64,000 bases of DNA from an uncultured Candidatus Rokubacteria bacterium (GTDB lineage Bacteria > Methylomirabilota > Methylomirabilia > Rokubacteriales > CSP1-6), in the NCBI GenBank assembly GCA_963758635.1, contig CAVWWD010000008.1, positions 640,001 through 704,000 on the forward strand. Reading direction: 5' to 3'. The position numbers and the translations under genes were made by a program. Numbering within the stretch: the first letter of the stretch is position 1; the number at the start of each line of letters is the position of its first letter. Positions 34,202 through 46,291 of the stretch are shown here, in pieces. The notes under the pieces were generated by a model. That model was given only the letters and a program-made list of their open reading frames with translations, was not told the DNA's origin and made no database searches.

Positions 34202-35087
34202 ATGACGCTCTTCGGCATCCCGGCCCAGGCGCTCTTCGGCCAGCTCCTGATCGGCCTCATCAACGGCTCGTTCTACGCCATGCTGAGCCTGGGGCTCGCC
34301 GTCATCTTCGGGCTCTTGAACATCATCAACTTCACCCACGGCGCCCAGTACATGATGGGCGCCTTCGTCGCGTACTTCCTCCTGCAGCACGCGGGGCTCG
34401 GCTACTGGTGGGCGCTCGTCCTGGCCCCGCCCGCCGTCGGGCTCCTCGGCATCCTCCTCGAGCGCACGATGCTCCGGCGGCTCCAGGGGCTGGACCACCT
34501 GTACGGGCTCCTCCTCACGTTCGGGCTCGCGCTGATCATCCAGGGGCTCTTCCGGCACGAGTTCGGGTCGTCGGGCCTGCCGTACGCGATCCCGCCCGCG
34601 CTCTCCGGCGGCCAGAACCTGGGCTTCATGTTCCTGCCCAACTACCGCGCGTGGGTCGTGGTCTTCTCCGTCGTCGGTGTGCCTGGTCACGTGGTACGTC
34701 ATCGAGCGCACGAAGCTGGGGTCGTACCTGCGGGCGGCCACCGAGAATCCCGCCCTCGTCCAGGCGTTCGGGATCAACGTGCCGCGCATGATCACGCTCA
34801 CCTACGGCTTCGGGGTGGGGCTGGCCGCCCTCGCCGGCGTGCTCGCGGCGCCGATCTACCAGGTCAACCCGCTCATGGGCGCCGACCTGATCATCGTGGT
34901 GTTCGCGGTGGTGGTCATCGGCGGCATGGGGTCGATCATGGGCTCGATCCTCACCGGCTTCGGGCTGGGCGTGGTGGAAGGGCTGACCAAGGTCTTCTAC
35001 CCGGAGGCGTCGAACACGGTCATCTTCGTGGTCATGGCCCTGGTGCTGCTCGTCCGGCCCGCCGGCCTCTTCGGGAGGGCCCAGTAG
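34202..35087 (+). CDS. LivH-like permease (frameshift ~34677)
   Basis: GLAVIFGLLNIINFTHG; VIGGMGS. Confidence 0.92.
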
Positions 35088-36065
35088 ATGGCGACCGTCC
35101 CCGACGCCGTCGAGGCGACGCCGGTGGCCACGCCCGCGCCCGGGCGTGCCCCGCAGATGGTCGCGTTCCTGGTGATGGTGGCCTTCTTCACGGTGGCCCC
35201 GTTCTTCGTGTACCCGGTGTTCCTCATGAAGGCGCTCTGCTTCGCGCTCTTCGCGTGCGCCTTCAACCTCCTCATCGGCTACGTGGGGCTGCTCTCGTTC
35301 GGCCACGCCGTCTATCTCGGCGCCGCGGGCTACGCCGCGGCGTACACGGCGAAGGTGTGGGGCTGGTCGCCCGAGCTGGCGTTGCTCGGGGGCACGGCGG
35401 TGGCCGCGGCCCTCGGCGTCGTCATCGGCGCCATCGCCATCCGCCGGCAGGGGATCTACTTCGCGATGACCACCCTCGCGCTGGCCCAGATGATCTACTT
35501 CTTCTGCCTGCAGGCGCCGTTCACCGGTGGGGAGGACGGCATCCAGGCGGTGCCGCGCGGCGCGCTCTTCGGCCTGGTCGATCTCCGGCAGCCCGCCGCG
35601 ATGTACGCGCTGGTCTTCGCCGTGTTCCTCGCCGGCTTCGCCGTCGTGTACCGCGCCATCCACTCGCCGTTCGGCCAGGTCCTGACCGCGATCCGGGAGA
35701 ACGAGCCGCGCGCGCTGTCCCTCGGCTACCAGGCCGACCACTACAAGCTCATCGCCTTCGTGCTGTCCGCCGCGCTCTCCGGGCTCGCCGGGGCCACGAA
35801 GGCGATCGTGTTCCAGCTCGCCTCGCTCACCGACGTGCACTGGAGCATGTCGGGGGAGGTCGTGCTCATGACGCTGCTCGGCGGCCTCGGCACGGTGTTC
35901 GGCCCGGTGGCGGGCGCCCTCATCGTGGTGACCCTCGAGAACTACCTGGCCCAGCTCGGCGCCTGGGTGACCGTCGTCCAGGGCGCGATCTTCGTCGTGT
36001 GCGTGCTCACGTTCCGCCGCGGCGTCGTCGGCGAGCTCGCGCGCGTCCTGGGCAAGCCCCTCTGA
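35088..36065 (+). CDS. LivM-like permease
   Basis: GLLSFGHA, TGGEDG, AIRENEPRA. Confidence 0.93.
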   Translation: MATVPDAVEATPVATPAPGRAPQMVAFLVMVAFFTVAPFFVYPVFLMKALCFALFACAFNLLIGYVGLLSFGHAVYLGAAGYAAAYTAKVWGWSPELALLGGTAVAAALGVVIGAIAIRRQGIYFAMTTLALAQMIYFFCLQAPFTGGEDGIQAVPRGALFGLVDLRQPAAMYALVFAVFLAGFAVVYRAIHSPFGQVLTAIRENEPRALSLGYQADHYKLIAFVLSAALSGLAGATKAIVFQLASLTDVHWSMSGEVVLMTLLGGLGTVFGPVAGALIVVTLENYLAQLGAWVTVVQGAIFVVCVLTFRRGVVGELARVLGKPL

Positions 36066-36083
36066 GCGGCGGCGCGCGGGAGA

Positions 36084-36863
36084 ATGCCCATGCACGTGAA
36101 GGAGCTGTTCGACCTGTCGGGGAAGGTGGCCATCGTCACGGGCGGCTCCCGCGGCCTCGGGCTCGAGATCGCCGAGGGCCTCGCCGAGGCGGGGGCGGCG
36201 GTGACGATCACGGGCCGGCGGCGCCAGTGGCTCGACGCCGCCGAGGCCGCGCTGCGCGAGCGCGGGGCCGAGGTCCTCGCCGTCGAGGGTGACGTGGCCG
36301 CGGCCGCCGACATCGCGCGCACCGTGGACGCCGCCGGGGAGCGCTTCGGCGGCATCGACATCCTGGTCAACAACGCCGGCCTCGCCTGGGCCGCGCCGTC
36401 CCTCGAGTATCCGCGCGACAAGTGGGACCTCACGATCTCGGTGAACCTCACCGGCGTGTGGCTCATGAGCCAGGCCGTGGCGCCGCGCCTGATCGCCCGG
36501 GGCGGCGGGGCCATCGTGAACGTGAGCTCGATGACGGGCCAGCTCGGCCTCGCCCCCGAGCTGCAGGACACCGTGCCGTACAACGCGAGCAAGGGGGGCG
36601 TCGACGCCCTCACGCGCGACCTCGCGATCAAGTGGGCCCGCCACGGCATCCGCGTGAACGCCATCGCCCCCGGGTACTTCCCGACCCGGATGACCGAGCA
36701 CCTGGTGAAGACGGTGGAGGACCGCATGGCCGCGCTGTCCCCGTTCGCCCGGCTCGGCCAGCCCGGCGAGCTGAAGGGCGCGGTGGTGTTCCTCGCCTCC
36801 GCCGCCGCCAGCTTCATCACCGGGCAGGTGCTGAACATCGACGGCGGCGCCACCGCGTGGTGA
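36084..36863 (+). CDS. Short-chain dehydrogenase/reductase
   Basis: TGGSRGLG, NNAG, YNASK, IDGG. Confidence 0.95.
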   Translation: MPMHVKELFDLSGKVAIVTGGSRGLGLEIAEGLAEAGAAVTITGRRRQWLDAAEAALRERGAEVLAVEGDVAAAADIARTVDAAGERFGGIDILVNNAGLAWAAPSLEYPRDKWDLTISVNLTGVWLMSQAVAPRLIARGGGAIVNVSSMTGQLGLAPELQDTVPYNASKGGVDALTRDLAIKWARHGIRVNAIAPGYFPTRMTEHLVKTVEDRMAALSPFARLGQPGELKGAVVFLASAAASFITGQVLNIDGGATAW

Positions 36864-36867
36864 CTGC

Positions 36868-36922
36868 TTTGCGAGCCGAGCCGAAGGCGAGACGAGCGCA
36901 TATGGAAGTGCAGTGGAAGGGA
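36868..36922 (+). repeat. Repeat family B copy
   Basis: TTTGCGAGCCGAGCCGAAGGCGAGACGAGCGCATATGGAAGTGCAGTGGAA. Confidence 0.88.
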
Positions 36923-36952
36923 CCGCGTGGCGACTTCTGACGGGCCCGCCGG

Positions 36953-38997
<2,045 letters not shown>

Positions 38998-39110
38998 GGC
39001 GTCGTGGCATGAGCGTCACGCCGAGGCGTTGCGCCGAAGCGTCCGCGGCTCGGCGGGATGCCGTGCTAGCGTGTCCGGGTCACTCACGCCGGACCACAGG
39101 AGGAGAGGCC

Positions 39111-39521
39111 ATGCCCTACCGGATCAATCACATCCACCTCAAGGCCCCCGACCCGCGCAAGACCGCGGAGTGGTACGTGACGGCCTTCAACTTCAAGATC
39201 ATGAGCGACGAGGTGCGGGCCTTCGGCGACCGCTTCGTGCGCTGCCAGAGCGAGGACGGAGGCATGGCCGTCAACATCTCCGGCGCGCGCACGGGCGAGG
39301 TGCTGGGCCCCGGCGACGCGAGCGCGCACCACGGCCTGGAGCACTTCGGCTTCGACTCCACGGGCCTCGAGGAGGACATCCGCCGCCTCGAAGGCCTGGG
39401 CGCCCGGCTCCTCGAGGGGCCGACGCAGGTGCCCAACGGCCCCCGCATCGCGTTCCTCCGCGGGCCGGACGACACGCGCATCGAGCTGGTGCAAGCGCGC
39501 GGCAAGGCCGACAACTGCTGA
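39111..39521 (+). CDS. VOC/glyoxalase family protein
   Basis: INHIHL, GLEHFGF, FLRGPDDTRIELV; AGGAG RBS. Confidence 0.9.
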   Translation: MPYRINHIHLKAPDPRKTAEWYVTAFNFKIMSDEVRAFGDRFVRCQSEDGGMAVNISGARTGEVLGPGDASAHHGLEHFGFDSTGLEEDIRRLEGLGARLLEGPTQVPNGPRIAFLRGPDDTRIELVQARGKADNC

Positions 39522-39789
39522 CCGGCCCGATCCGCGCCGGCGCCCAGATTCCAGCCGCCACGGTTGACAAGCATCGGGAAGGGCGCGCAGAGTTGGCGGT
39601 GCCCTGAGTGCAGGTTCGAAGCGAGGGACTCATGCAGCTCTGTGGGGCGACCACGCGCGCCTTCCATAGACCCCTCAGGCATCGGCAGCAACGATGCTGT
39701 CGCAGTCCTCCGCGCTCCGAGCGCCGACATCGCGAGCCCCCTGCAGACCGAATCGCACTTCACCACGGGCCGATGATCAGGAGGGGACC

Positions 39790-40611
39790 ATGGGTGTCGT
39801 AGCAATGTCGCAGGTCCTGGGAAGTCGGGGCGACGACATCGGGCGCGAGCTGGCAGCGGCTCTCGGCTACAGGTTCGCCGATCGCGAGATCGTCGCCGCC
39901 GCCGCCGAACGATTTGGGGAAGGGATGCTGGACCTTGTCCACGTCACCGAGGAGAAGCCCAGTCTCGTGGAGCGGTTCAGGACGAGCGACCGCCACTACG
40001 TGACTGCGGTTGAGGGGATTCTGCTGGAGATGGCCGCGCAGGACAACGTCGTCCTCTGCGGTCGCGGAGCGGCGTTCGTCCTGAGCAAAGAGTCCCACGT
40101 TCTCCGAGTGCGCGTCACGGCACCGGAGCACGTGCGTGCCCAGTGGGTGCAGCAGCACGACGGTCTTGTCTACGAGTCAGCCCTCAATCTCGTGCGCCAG
40201 AAGGACCACGAGCGTGGCGCACGCATCAGGTTTCTCTACCACGTCGACTGGGACGATCCGATGCTCTATCACATCGTGCTGAACACCGAGCACGTCTCGG
40301 TCGCACTCGGGGCGCAGATCCTCCGCGCCGCGCTTGAGGGCCCGCGGTTCGTGGCCACCCCCGAGTCTCAGCGGAAGCTGAGCGATCAGGGCATCGTCGC
40401 GCAGGCCAAGACGGCGCTGCTCGTGAACCCGGTGACACGGTCTTGCCAGCTCGTCGCGACCGTCAACCGCGGAGTTCTGATGGTCAGTGGCATCGTGGAG
40501 CGGGATGAGCAACGGCTAGCCGCGGACGAGGTCGTACGACGACTTCCGGGCGTCACCAGTGTGCTGAACGAGATCGCCGTGCGTCCGCGCGTGCCCGTGG
40601 TGCATATCTGA
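39790..40611 (+). CDS. Cytidylate kinase-like protein with C-terminal BON domain
   Basis: SQVLGSRG, VLCGRG, DWDDPMLYHIVLNT; BON-like V..GV..VSG...PGVTSVLNEI. Confidence 0.82.
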   Translation: MGVVAMSQVLGSRGDDIGRELAAALGYRFADREIVAAAAERFGEGMLDLVHVTEEKPSLVERFRTSDRHYVTAVEGILLEMAAQDNVVLCGRGAAFVLSKESHVLRVRVTAPEHVRAQWVQQHDGLVYESALNLVRQKDHERGARIRFLYHVDWDDPMLYHIVLNTEHVSVALGAQILRAALEGPRFVATPESQRKLSDQGIVAQAKTALLVNPVTRSCQLVATVNRGVLMVSGIVERDEQRLAADEVVRRLPGVTSVLNEIAVRPRVPVVHI

Positions 40612-40839
40612 GGGCCTTCGACCCGCGGGTCACCTGTCGAGGACGACCGTTGTCGAGAACGACCGTTGATGAGGTCCGCGGACCGGTCGCGCTCGCGCCA
40701 AGTGGGGCTCGGTCTGCACGTGGCGCGAGGGCGACCTCGGACCGCGCCCTCCTGGGGAAGGAGACCGCCGCCTTCGCTATCGAGCCCTGACGCGCCCGGC
40801 GTTGCATGGATTCTTACGCCCATGTCGGGAGCCCTGAAA

Positions 40840-41733
40840 CTAGATCCGCTGGATCTCGGGGTTGCCGAAGAGGCCGTGGGGGCGGACGGAAAGGATGAGG
40901 AGCATCGCGACGTAGGACACGATCGTGCTGAAGCCGGCGCCGAGCCACGGGTCGAGGTAGCCGGCGGACAGGCTCTCGAGGATGCCGATGCCGAGCGCGG
41001 CGACGATCGTGCCCGGGATGCTGTCGAGCCCGCCGATGATCACGATGGGGAAGACCTTGGTCCCGAGGACGAGCAGCGAGAACCCGCCGCCCACGGCCGC
41101 GCTCCAGAGGGTGCCGGCGAGCACGGCGAGGGCGGCCATGAGCGCCCACGCGATCGCGAAGTGGCGCTGGGCCGAGATGCCCACCACCATGGCCGCCTTG
41201 GGGTCGCTGGCCAGGGCCCGCAGCGCCAGGCCGGTGCGGGTCCAGTAGAAGAAGGCGCTCAGGGCGCAGATGCCGGCGGCGGCGGTGACGCCGGCGATCA
41301 GCTTGTCCGGCACGACGGGCAGGCCCTGGATGGTGAGGAGATCCTCCGGAAACGGGAGCCGGATGCCGCCGGGCACGCCGGCAAGCGCTACTGCCACCGC
41401 GCCCCGCATGAGCATGCCGAGGCCGATCGTCACCATGATCAGCGAGATGGCGGGCGGGCTCACCATGCGCTCGAGGACGACCCGGTTGAACGCCATCGCG
41501 ACCGCCACGGTGCTGGCGCAGCCGAAGGCCACCGCCCCGGCGAGACCCAGGCCGAGGCCGTGGAGCCCGAGCGCGACGAGCCGGGACGCCAGCATGACCC
41601 AGTCGCCCAGCGCGAAGTTGACGACGCGGGAGGCCTTGTAGACCACCACGAAGGCGAGCGCGACCAGGGCGTAGATGGCGCCCGCGAGGGCGCCGTCGGT
41701 GAGGAGGGCGACCAGGAAGCGCGCGTCGGTCAC
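40840..41733 (-). CDS. Orphan LivH-like permease
   Basis: ALAFVVVYKASRVVNFA, VFPIVIIGGLDSIPG, RPHGLFG. Confidence 0.9.
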   Translation of the reverse strand: MTDARFLVALLTDGALAGAIYALVALAFVVVYKASRVVNFALGDWVMLASRLVALGLHGLGLGLAGAVAFGCASTVAVAMAFNRVVLERMVSPPAISLIMVTIGLGMLMRGAVAVALAGVPGGIRLPFPEDLLTIQGLPVVPDKLIAGVTAAAGICALSAFFYWTRTGLALRALASDPKAAMVVGISAQRHFAIAWALMAALAVLAGTLWSAAVGGGFSLLVLGTKVFPIVIIGGLDSIPGTIVAALGIGILESLSAGYLDPWLGAGFSTIVSYVAMLLILSVRPHGLFGNPEIQRI

Positions 41734-42080
41734 ACGCGCTGCCCGGCCCGCGCGACGCCCGCGCGGCAGCGCGCCTCGAAGTCCTCGAGCTGCCGCCGAT
41801 ACGTCGCGTCGATCTCGGCGCGCCGCGCCTGCCAGAGGGCGTCGTAGCGCCCGGTCACCCCGGCGCGGCACGTCTGGCCCGCCGATCCCCCCGGGCACTG
41901 CCCCAGCGCGCTCCAGTGCGCCTTCCGGTGCACGTCCTCGGCGTACTCGAGCTCGGCCAGCCGGAGCCGGGCCATGCGGGCGCGCGCCGTCGCGGGATCG
42001 TTGCACGCCGGCTCGGACGGAGTGGAGGCGGCGGCCAGGGCGAGCGCGGCCGCCGTCGCCAGTGCATGGGCGCGCCACAT
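41730..42080 (-). CDS. Hypothetical secreted Cys-containing protein
   Basis: Signal-like MWRAHALATAAALALAAA; 4 Cys; stop overlaps the GTG of the livH-like gene. Confidence 0.55.
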   Translation of the reverse strand: MWRAHALATAAALALAAASTPSEPACNDPATARARMARLRLAELEYAEDVHRKAHWSALGQCPGGSAGQTCRAGVTGRYDALWQARRAEIDATYRRQLEDFEARCRAGVARAGQRV

Positions 42081-42121
42081 GTCTCGACGAGTGTAAACCC
42101 TCGTCGTATTGAGCGAAGTGC

Positions 42122-42151
42122 TTGACACGCCGGGGGGTGCGCGGCTAGAAT
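42122..42151 (+). promoter_or_regulatory. Sigma70 promoter of the acyl-CoA ligase/Liv super-operon
   Basis: TTGACA-18 bp-TAGAAT; upstream inverted repeat CGACGAG-N8-CTCGTCG (42085-42106). Confidence 0.65.
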
Positions 42152-42359
42152 CCCGCAACCTCGGCAAGTTCCGGTGACGCAGGATCCCACCGAAGCGGCA
42201 AGGATGACGCGTGAGCAGCCTTGGACACGGCCTCTGGCAATGAGAGCGCGGACTGCCCATGACGGCCCACGGCAACGTGGCCGCACGGGCACGCCCTTCC
42301 GCTCCACGCGCGCGCGCGTGAGGCGGAACCTGCGGAATCGGGGACGGTTTAGCTCGTAA

Positions 42360-44358
42360 ATGGCGGACACGGCCGTCCAGGACCGGAAGCCCACCACGCC
42401 TCTCGCCGCGTCGAAGAATCTCCGCATCGACTCGTCGCTGGACACTTTTCCCAAGCTCGTCCGGGAGAACGCCGAGCGCTTCGCGGACAAGGTCGCCATC
42501 CGCGAGAAGGACTACGGCATCTGGCAGTCCTACACCTGGCGCGACTACCTCGAGCGCTCGCGCCGGATCGCGCTGGGGCTGGCCTCGCTGGGGCTCGCGC
42601 GCGGCGACAAGGTCGCGATCGTGGGCGACAACCGGCCCGAGCTCTACTGGTCGATCCTCGCCACCCAGGCCCTCGGCGGGGTCCCCGTGCCGCTCTACCA
42701 GGACTCGAACGAGCGGGAGATGCAGTACGTCCTCGACCACGCCGAGGCGCGCTTCGCCGTCGTCGAGGACCAGGAGCAGGTGGACAAGCTCCTGAGCGTG
42801 CGCGCCCAGTGCCCCCGGCTCGAGCACCTGATCTACGACGACGCCCGCGGCCTCGCGCGCTACGCCGATCCGGGGCTCTCGAGCCTCGCCGCCCTCGAGG
42901 CGCGGGGCGAGGAGCTTCGGGCGGGGCCGGGCCGGCTTCTTCGAGTCCGAGATGGCCAAGGGCGCCGCGGACGACCTGGCGATCATCCTGTACACGTCGG
43001 GCACCACCGGGAACCCGAAGGGCACGATGCTCTCCCACCGGAACCTCATCCTGACCGCCATGAGCGCGGTGGCCCAGGAAGGCCTGACCGGCTCCGAGGA
43101 GGTGCTCGCCTACCTGCCGATGGCGTGGGCGGGCGACCACATGTTCTCGTTCGCGCAGTCGATCGTGACGGGGTTCACCACCAACTGCCCGGAGAGCGCG
43201 GACACCGTGCTGTCCGACCTCCGCGAGATCGGGCCGACCTACTTCTTCGCCCCGCCGCGCATCTGGGAGGCCATCCTCGCCTCGGTGATGATCCGCGTCG
43301 AGGACGCCTCGCGCGTGAAGCGGGCCATGGTCCACGCCTTCCTGCGCGTGGCCCGGCGCGTGGAGGAGGCCCGCCTCGCGCGGCGCGCGGTGTCCGTGAC
43401 GGATCGCCTGCTCCTCCTCGCCGGCCAGGCGCTGGTGTACGGCCCGCTCCGCGACAACCTCGGCATGCGACGGATCCGCATCGCGTACACCGCGGGCGAG
43501 GCGATCAGCCCCGAGCTGCTCGGCTTCTTCCGCTCCCTTGGCATCAACGTCAAGCAGGTGTACGGCATGACCGAGTCGAGCGCGCTCATCTCGATCCAGC
43601 GGGACGGCGACGTGAAGCTCGACACCGTCGGCACGCCGCTGCCCGGCGTGGAGGTGCGGATCGCGGAGGGCGGCGAGGTGCTCTATCGCTCGCCCGGCGT
43701 GTTCCTCGGCTACTACAGGAACCCCCAGGCGACCCGCGAGACCGTCCAGGACGGCTGGGTGCACTCGGGCGACGCCGGCACGATCGACCGCGACGGGCAT
43801 CTCAAGATCATCGACCGGGCCCGGGACGTGACCCGGCTTACCGACGGGACGCTGTTCGCGCCGAAGTACCTCGAGAACAAGCTCAAGTTCTCGCCGTACA
43901 TCAAGGAGGCGGTGTGCGTGGGGGCGGGCCAGCCGTTCGTGGGCGCGCTCCTCAACATCGACCTGACCTCGGTGGGGAGCTGGGCGGAGCGGCGGAGCCT
44001 GGCCTACACGAGCTACACCGACCTCGCCCAGAAGCCCGAGGTCTACGAGCTGATCGGGCAGGAGGTGGCCCGCGTGAACCGGAGCCTGGCCGAGGCGCCG
44101 GAGCTCGCCGGGGCGCGCATCCGCCGGTTCCTCCTGCTCCACAAGGAGCTCGACCCCGACGACCAGGAGATCACGCGGACCCGCAAGGTGCGCCGCGGCG
44201 TGATCGCCGAGAAATACGCGCCGCTCATCGAGGCGCTCTACTCGGGCACCGACTTCGTGAAGGTCGAGGCGCTCGTGACCTACGAGGACGGGCGCACCGG
44301 CACCGTCCGGGCCGAGGTGCGCGTGGCCGACGCGCCGGCGGATGCGGTGACGCGATGA
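42360..44358 (+). CDS. Long-chain fatty acid--CoA ligase (frameshift ~42920)
   Basis: IREKDYGIWQ, YTSGTTGNPKG, YGMTE, HSGDAG, ENKLKFSPY. Confidence 0.93.
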
Positions 44359-45134
44359 GCGCGGCCACGCCGCTCCTCGCGGTGGAGGGCATCAGCGTGG
44401 CCTTCGGCGCGGTGAAGGCCCTCACCGCGGTGAGCATGGAGATCGGCCGCGGGGAGATCGTGGCCATCATCGGGCCCAACGGGGCGGGGAAGACGACGCT
44501 GCTGAACGTCATCAGCGGCTTCTACCACCCCTCCGAGGGCCGGATTCTCTTCGAAGGCCGCGACCGCACGCGGCTCCGGCCCTACGAGGTGGCGTCGCTC
44601 GGCATCGCGCGCACGTTCCAGAACGTGGCCCTCTTCCGCGGCATGAGCGTGCTCGACAACATCATGACCGGCCGGCTGCTCAAGATGGGCGGGAGCTTCC
44701 TCCTCGACGCCCTCTGGTGGGGCCCGGCGATGAAGCAGGAGCTGGCCCACCGCGCCTTCGTGGAGCGCATCATCGACTTCCTGGAGATCCAGGCCATCCG
44801 CAAGACGCCGGCGGGCCGGCTGCCCTACGGCCTGCAGAAGCGGGTCGAGCTCGCCCGCGCCCTCGCCGCCGAGCCCACGCTCCTGCTCCTCGACGAGCCC
44901 ATGGCGGGCATGAACGTCGAGGAGAAGGAGGACATGTGCCGGTTCATCCTGGACGTGCACGGCGAGTTCGGCACCACCATCGCCCTCATCGAGCACGACA
45001 TGAGCGTGGTGATGGACATCTCCCAGCGCGTGGTCGCCCTGGACTACGGCCGGAAGATCGCCGACGGCTCGCCCGACGCGGTCCGCGCCGACCCCGCCGT
45101 CCTCGACGCCTACCTCGGGGTCCCGCATGCGTAG
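44355..45134 (+). CDS. LivG-like ABC ATPase
   Basis: GPNGAGKTT, RTFQNVALF, DEPMAGMNVEEKEDM. Confidence 0.93.
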   Translation: MSAATPLLAVEGISVAFGAVKALTAVSMEIGRGEIVAIIGPNGAGKTTLLNVISGFYHPSEGRILFEGRDRTRLRPYEVASLGIARTFQNVALFRGMSVLDNIMTGRLLKMGGSFLLDALWWGPAMKQELAHRAFVERIIDFLEIQAIRKTPAGRLPYGLQKRVELARALAAEPTLLLLDEPMAGMNVEEKEDMCRFILDVHGEFGTTIALIEHDMSVVMDISQRVVALDYGRKIADGSPDAVRADPAVLDAYLGVPHA

Positions 45135-45176
45135 CCGCGCGCGCCACGAGAGCGCCGCGGGAGGCGGCGACTAGCC

Positions 45177-46115
45177 ATGGGCGCCACGCTCCACGCCTTC
45201 CTGGTCGCGCCGTGGCTCGACATGGCAGGGGCGCCCACGTTCCTCGCCGAGGTCATCATCGGGGGCATCGCCTCGGGGCTCATGTACTCGCTGGTCGCGC
45301 TGGGCTTCGTCCTGATCTTCAAGGCGTCGGGCGTCTTCAACTTCGCCCAGGGCGTCATGGTGCTGTTCGCCGCCCTCACGCTGGTCGGGCTCATGGAGCG
45401 GCGCGTGCCCATGCTGGTGGCGCTGATCCTCACGATGGTGGTGATGGTGGCGCTGGCCTTCGCCATCGAGCGCATCGTGCTGCGGCCCCTCGTGAACCAG
45501 GAGCACATCATCCTGTTCATGGCCACCATCGGGCTGAACTTCTTCCTGGAAGGCTTCGGCGAGATGATCTGGGGCGCCAACGTCAAGCGCCTGGACATCG
45601 GCATCCCCGACGAGTCGTTCAAGATCGCAGGCATCCTCGTGAACCAGCTCGAGATGGCGGCGGCGGGCACGTCCGCGGTGCTCGTGGCCGTCCTCGCCGT
45701 GTTCTTCCAGAAGACGCGGATCGGCCGTGCCCTCCGCGCGGTGGCCGACGACCACGAGGCGGCGCTCAGCATCGGCATCCCGCTCAAGACGATCTGGGTG
45801 GTGGTATGGTCGGCGGCGGGCCTCGTGGCCATCGCGGCCGGCGTCATGTGGGGAGCGAAGAGCGGTGTGCAGTTCAGCCTGTCGCTCATCGCGCTGAAGT
45901 CGCTCCCCGTCCTCATCCTCGGCGGCTTCACCTCCGTGCCCGGCGCCATCGTCGGCGGCCTCATCATCGGCGTCGGCGAGAAGCTCGGCGAGGTCTACTG
46001 GGGCCCCCTCGTGGGCGGCGCCATCGAGAACTGGTTCGCTTACGTCTTGGCCCTCGCGTTTTTGTTGGTCCGCCCTCAGGGACTGTTCGGTGAAAGGATC
46101 ATCGAGCGTGTGTAG
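45177..46115 (+). CDS. LivH-like permease
   Basis: YSLVALGFVLIFKASGVFNFAQG. Confidence 0.93.
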   Translation: MGATLHAFLVAPWLDMAGAPTFLAEVIIGGIASGLMYSLVALGFVLIFKASGVFNFAQGVMVLFAALTLVGLMERRVPMLVALILTMVVMVALAFAIERIVLRPLVNQEHIILFMATIGLNFFLEGFGEMIWGANVKRLDIGIPDESFKIAGILVNQLEMAAAGTSAVLVAVLAVFFQKTRIGRALRAVADDHEAALSIGIPLKTIWVVVWSAAGLVAIAAGVMWGAKSGVQFSLSLIALKSLPVLILGGFTSVPGAIVGGLIIGVGEKLGEVYWGPLVGGAIENWFAYVLALAFLLVRPQGLFGERIIERV

Positions 46116-46256
46116 GACCCGCGTGTGTCGGACCCGCGTGTGTCGGACCCGCGTGTATCAGGGACCCGCGTGGACTCGGTCGGGGCTGCCCCCTCATGGA
46201 CGTTTCCCCTGCATTTCCATATACGCTCGGCTCGCCTTCGGCTCACCTCGCAAATC
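46115..46256 (-). repeat. Repeat family B copy plus 15-bp tandem repeat (GGACCCGCGTGTGTC, about 4 units)
   Basis: Reverse complement matches 53164-53393; tandem units at 46115-46172. Confidence 0.9.
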
Positions 46257-46291
46257 AGGTGCCCGCGGACGACCCGCGTTGAACACCTCCT

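Noticed and set aside
42360..45134. Ligase-LivG fusion (924 aa)
   Set aside because: The frameshift near 42920 explains it. The ligase ends at 44358 and livG starts at 44355.
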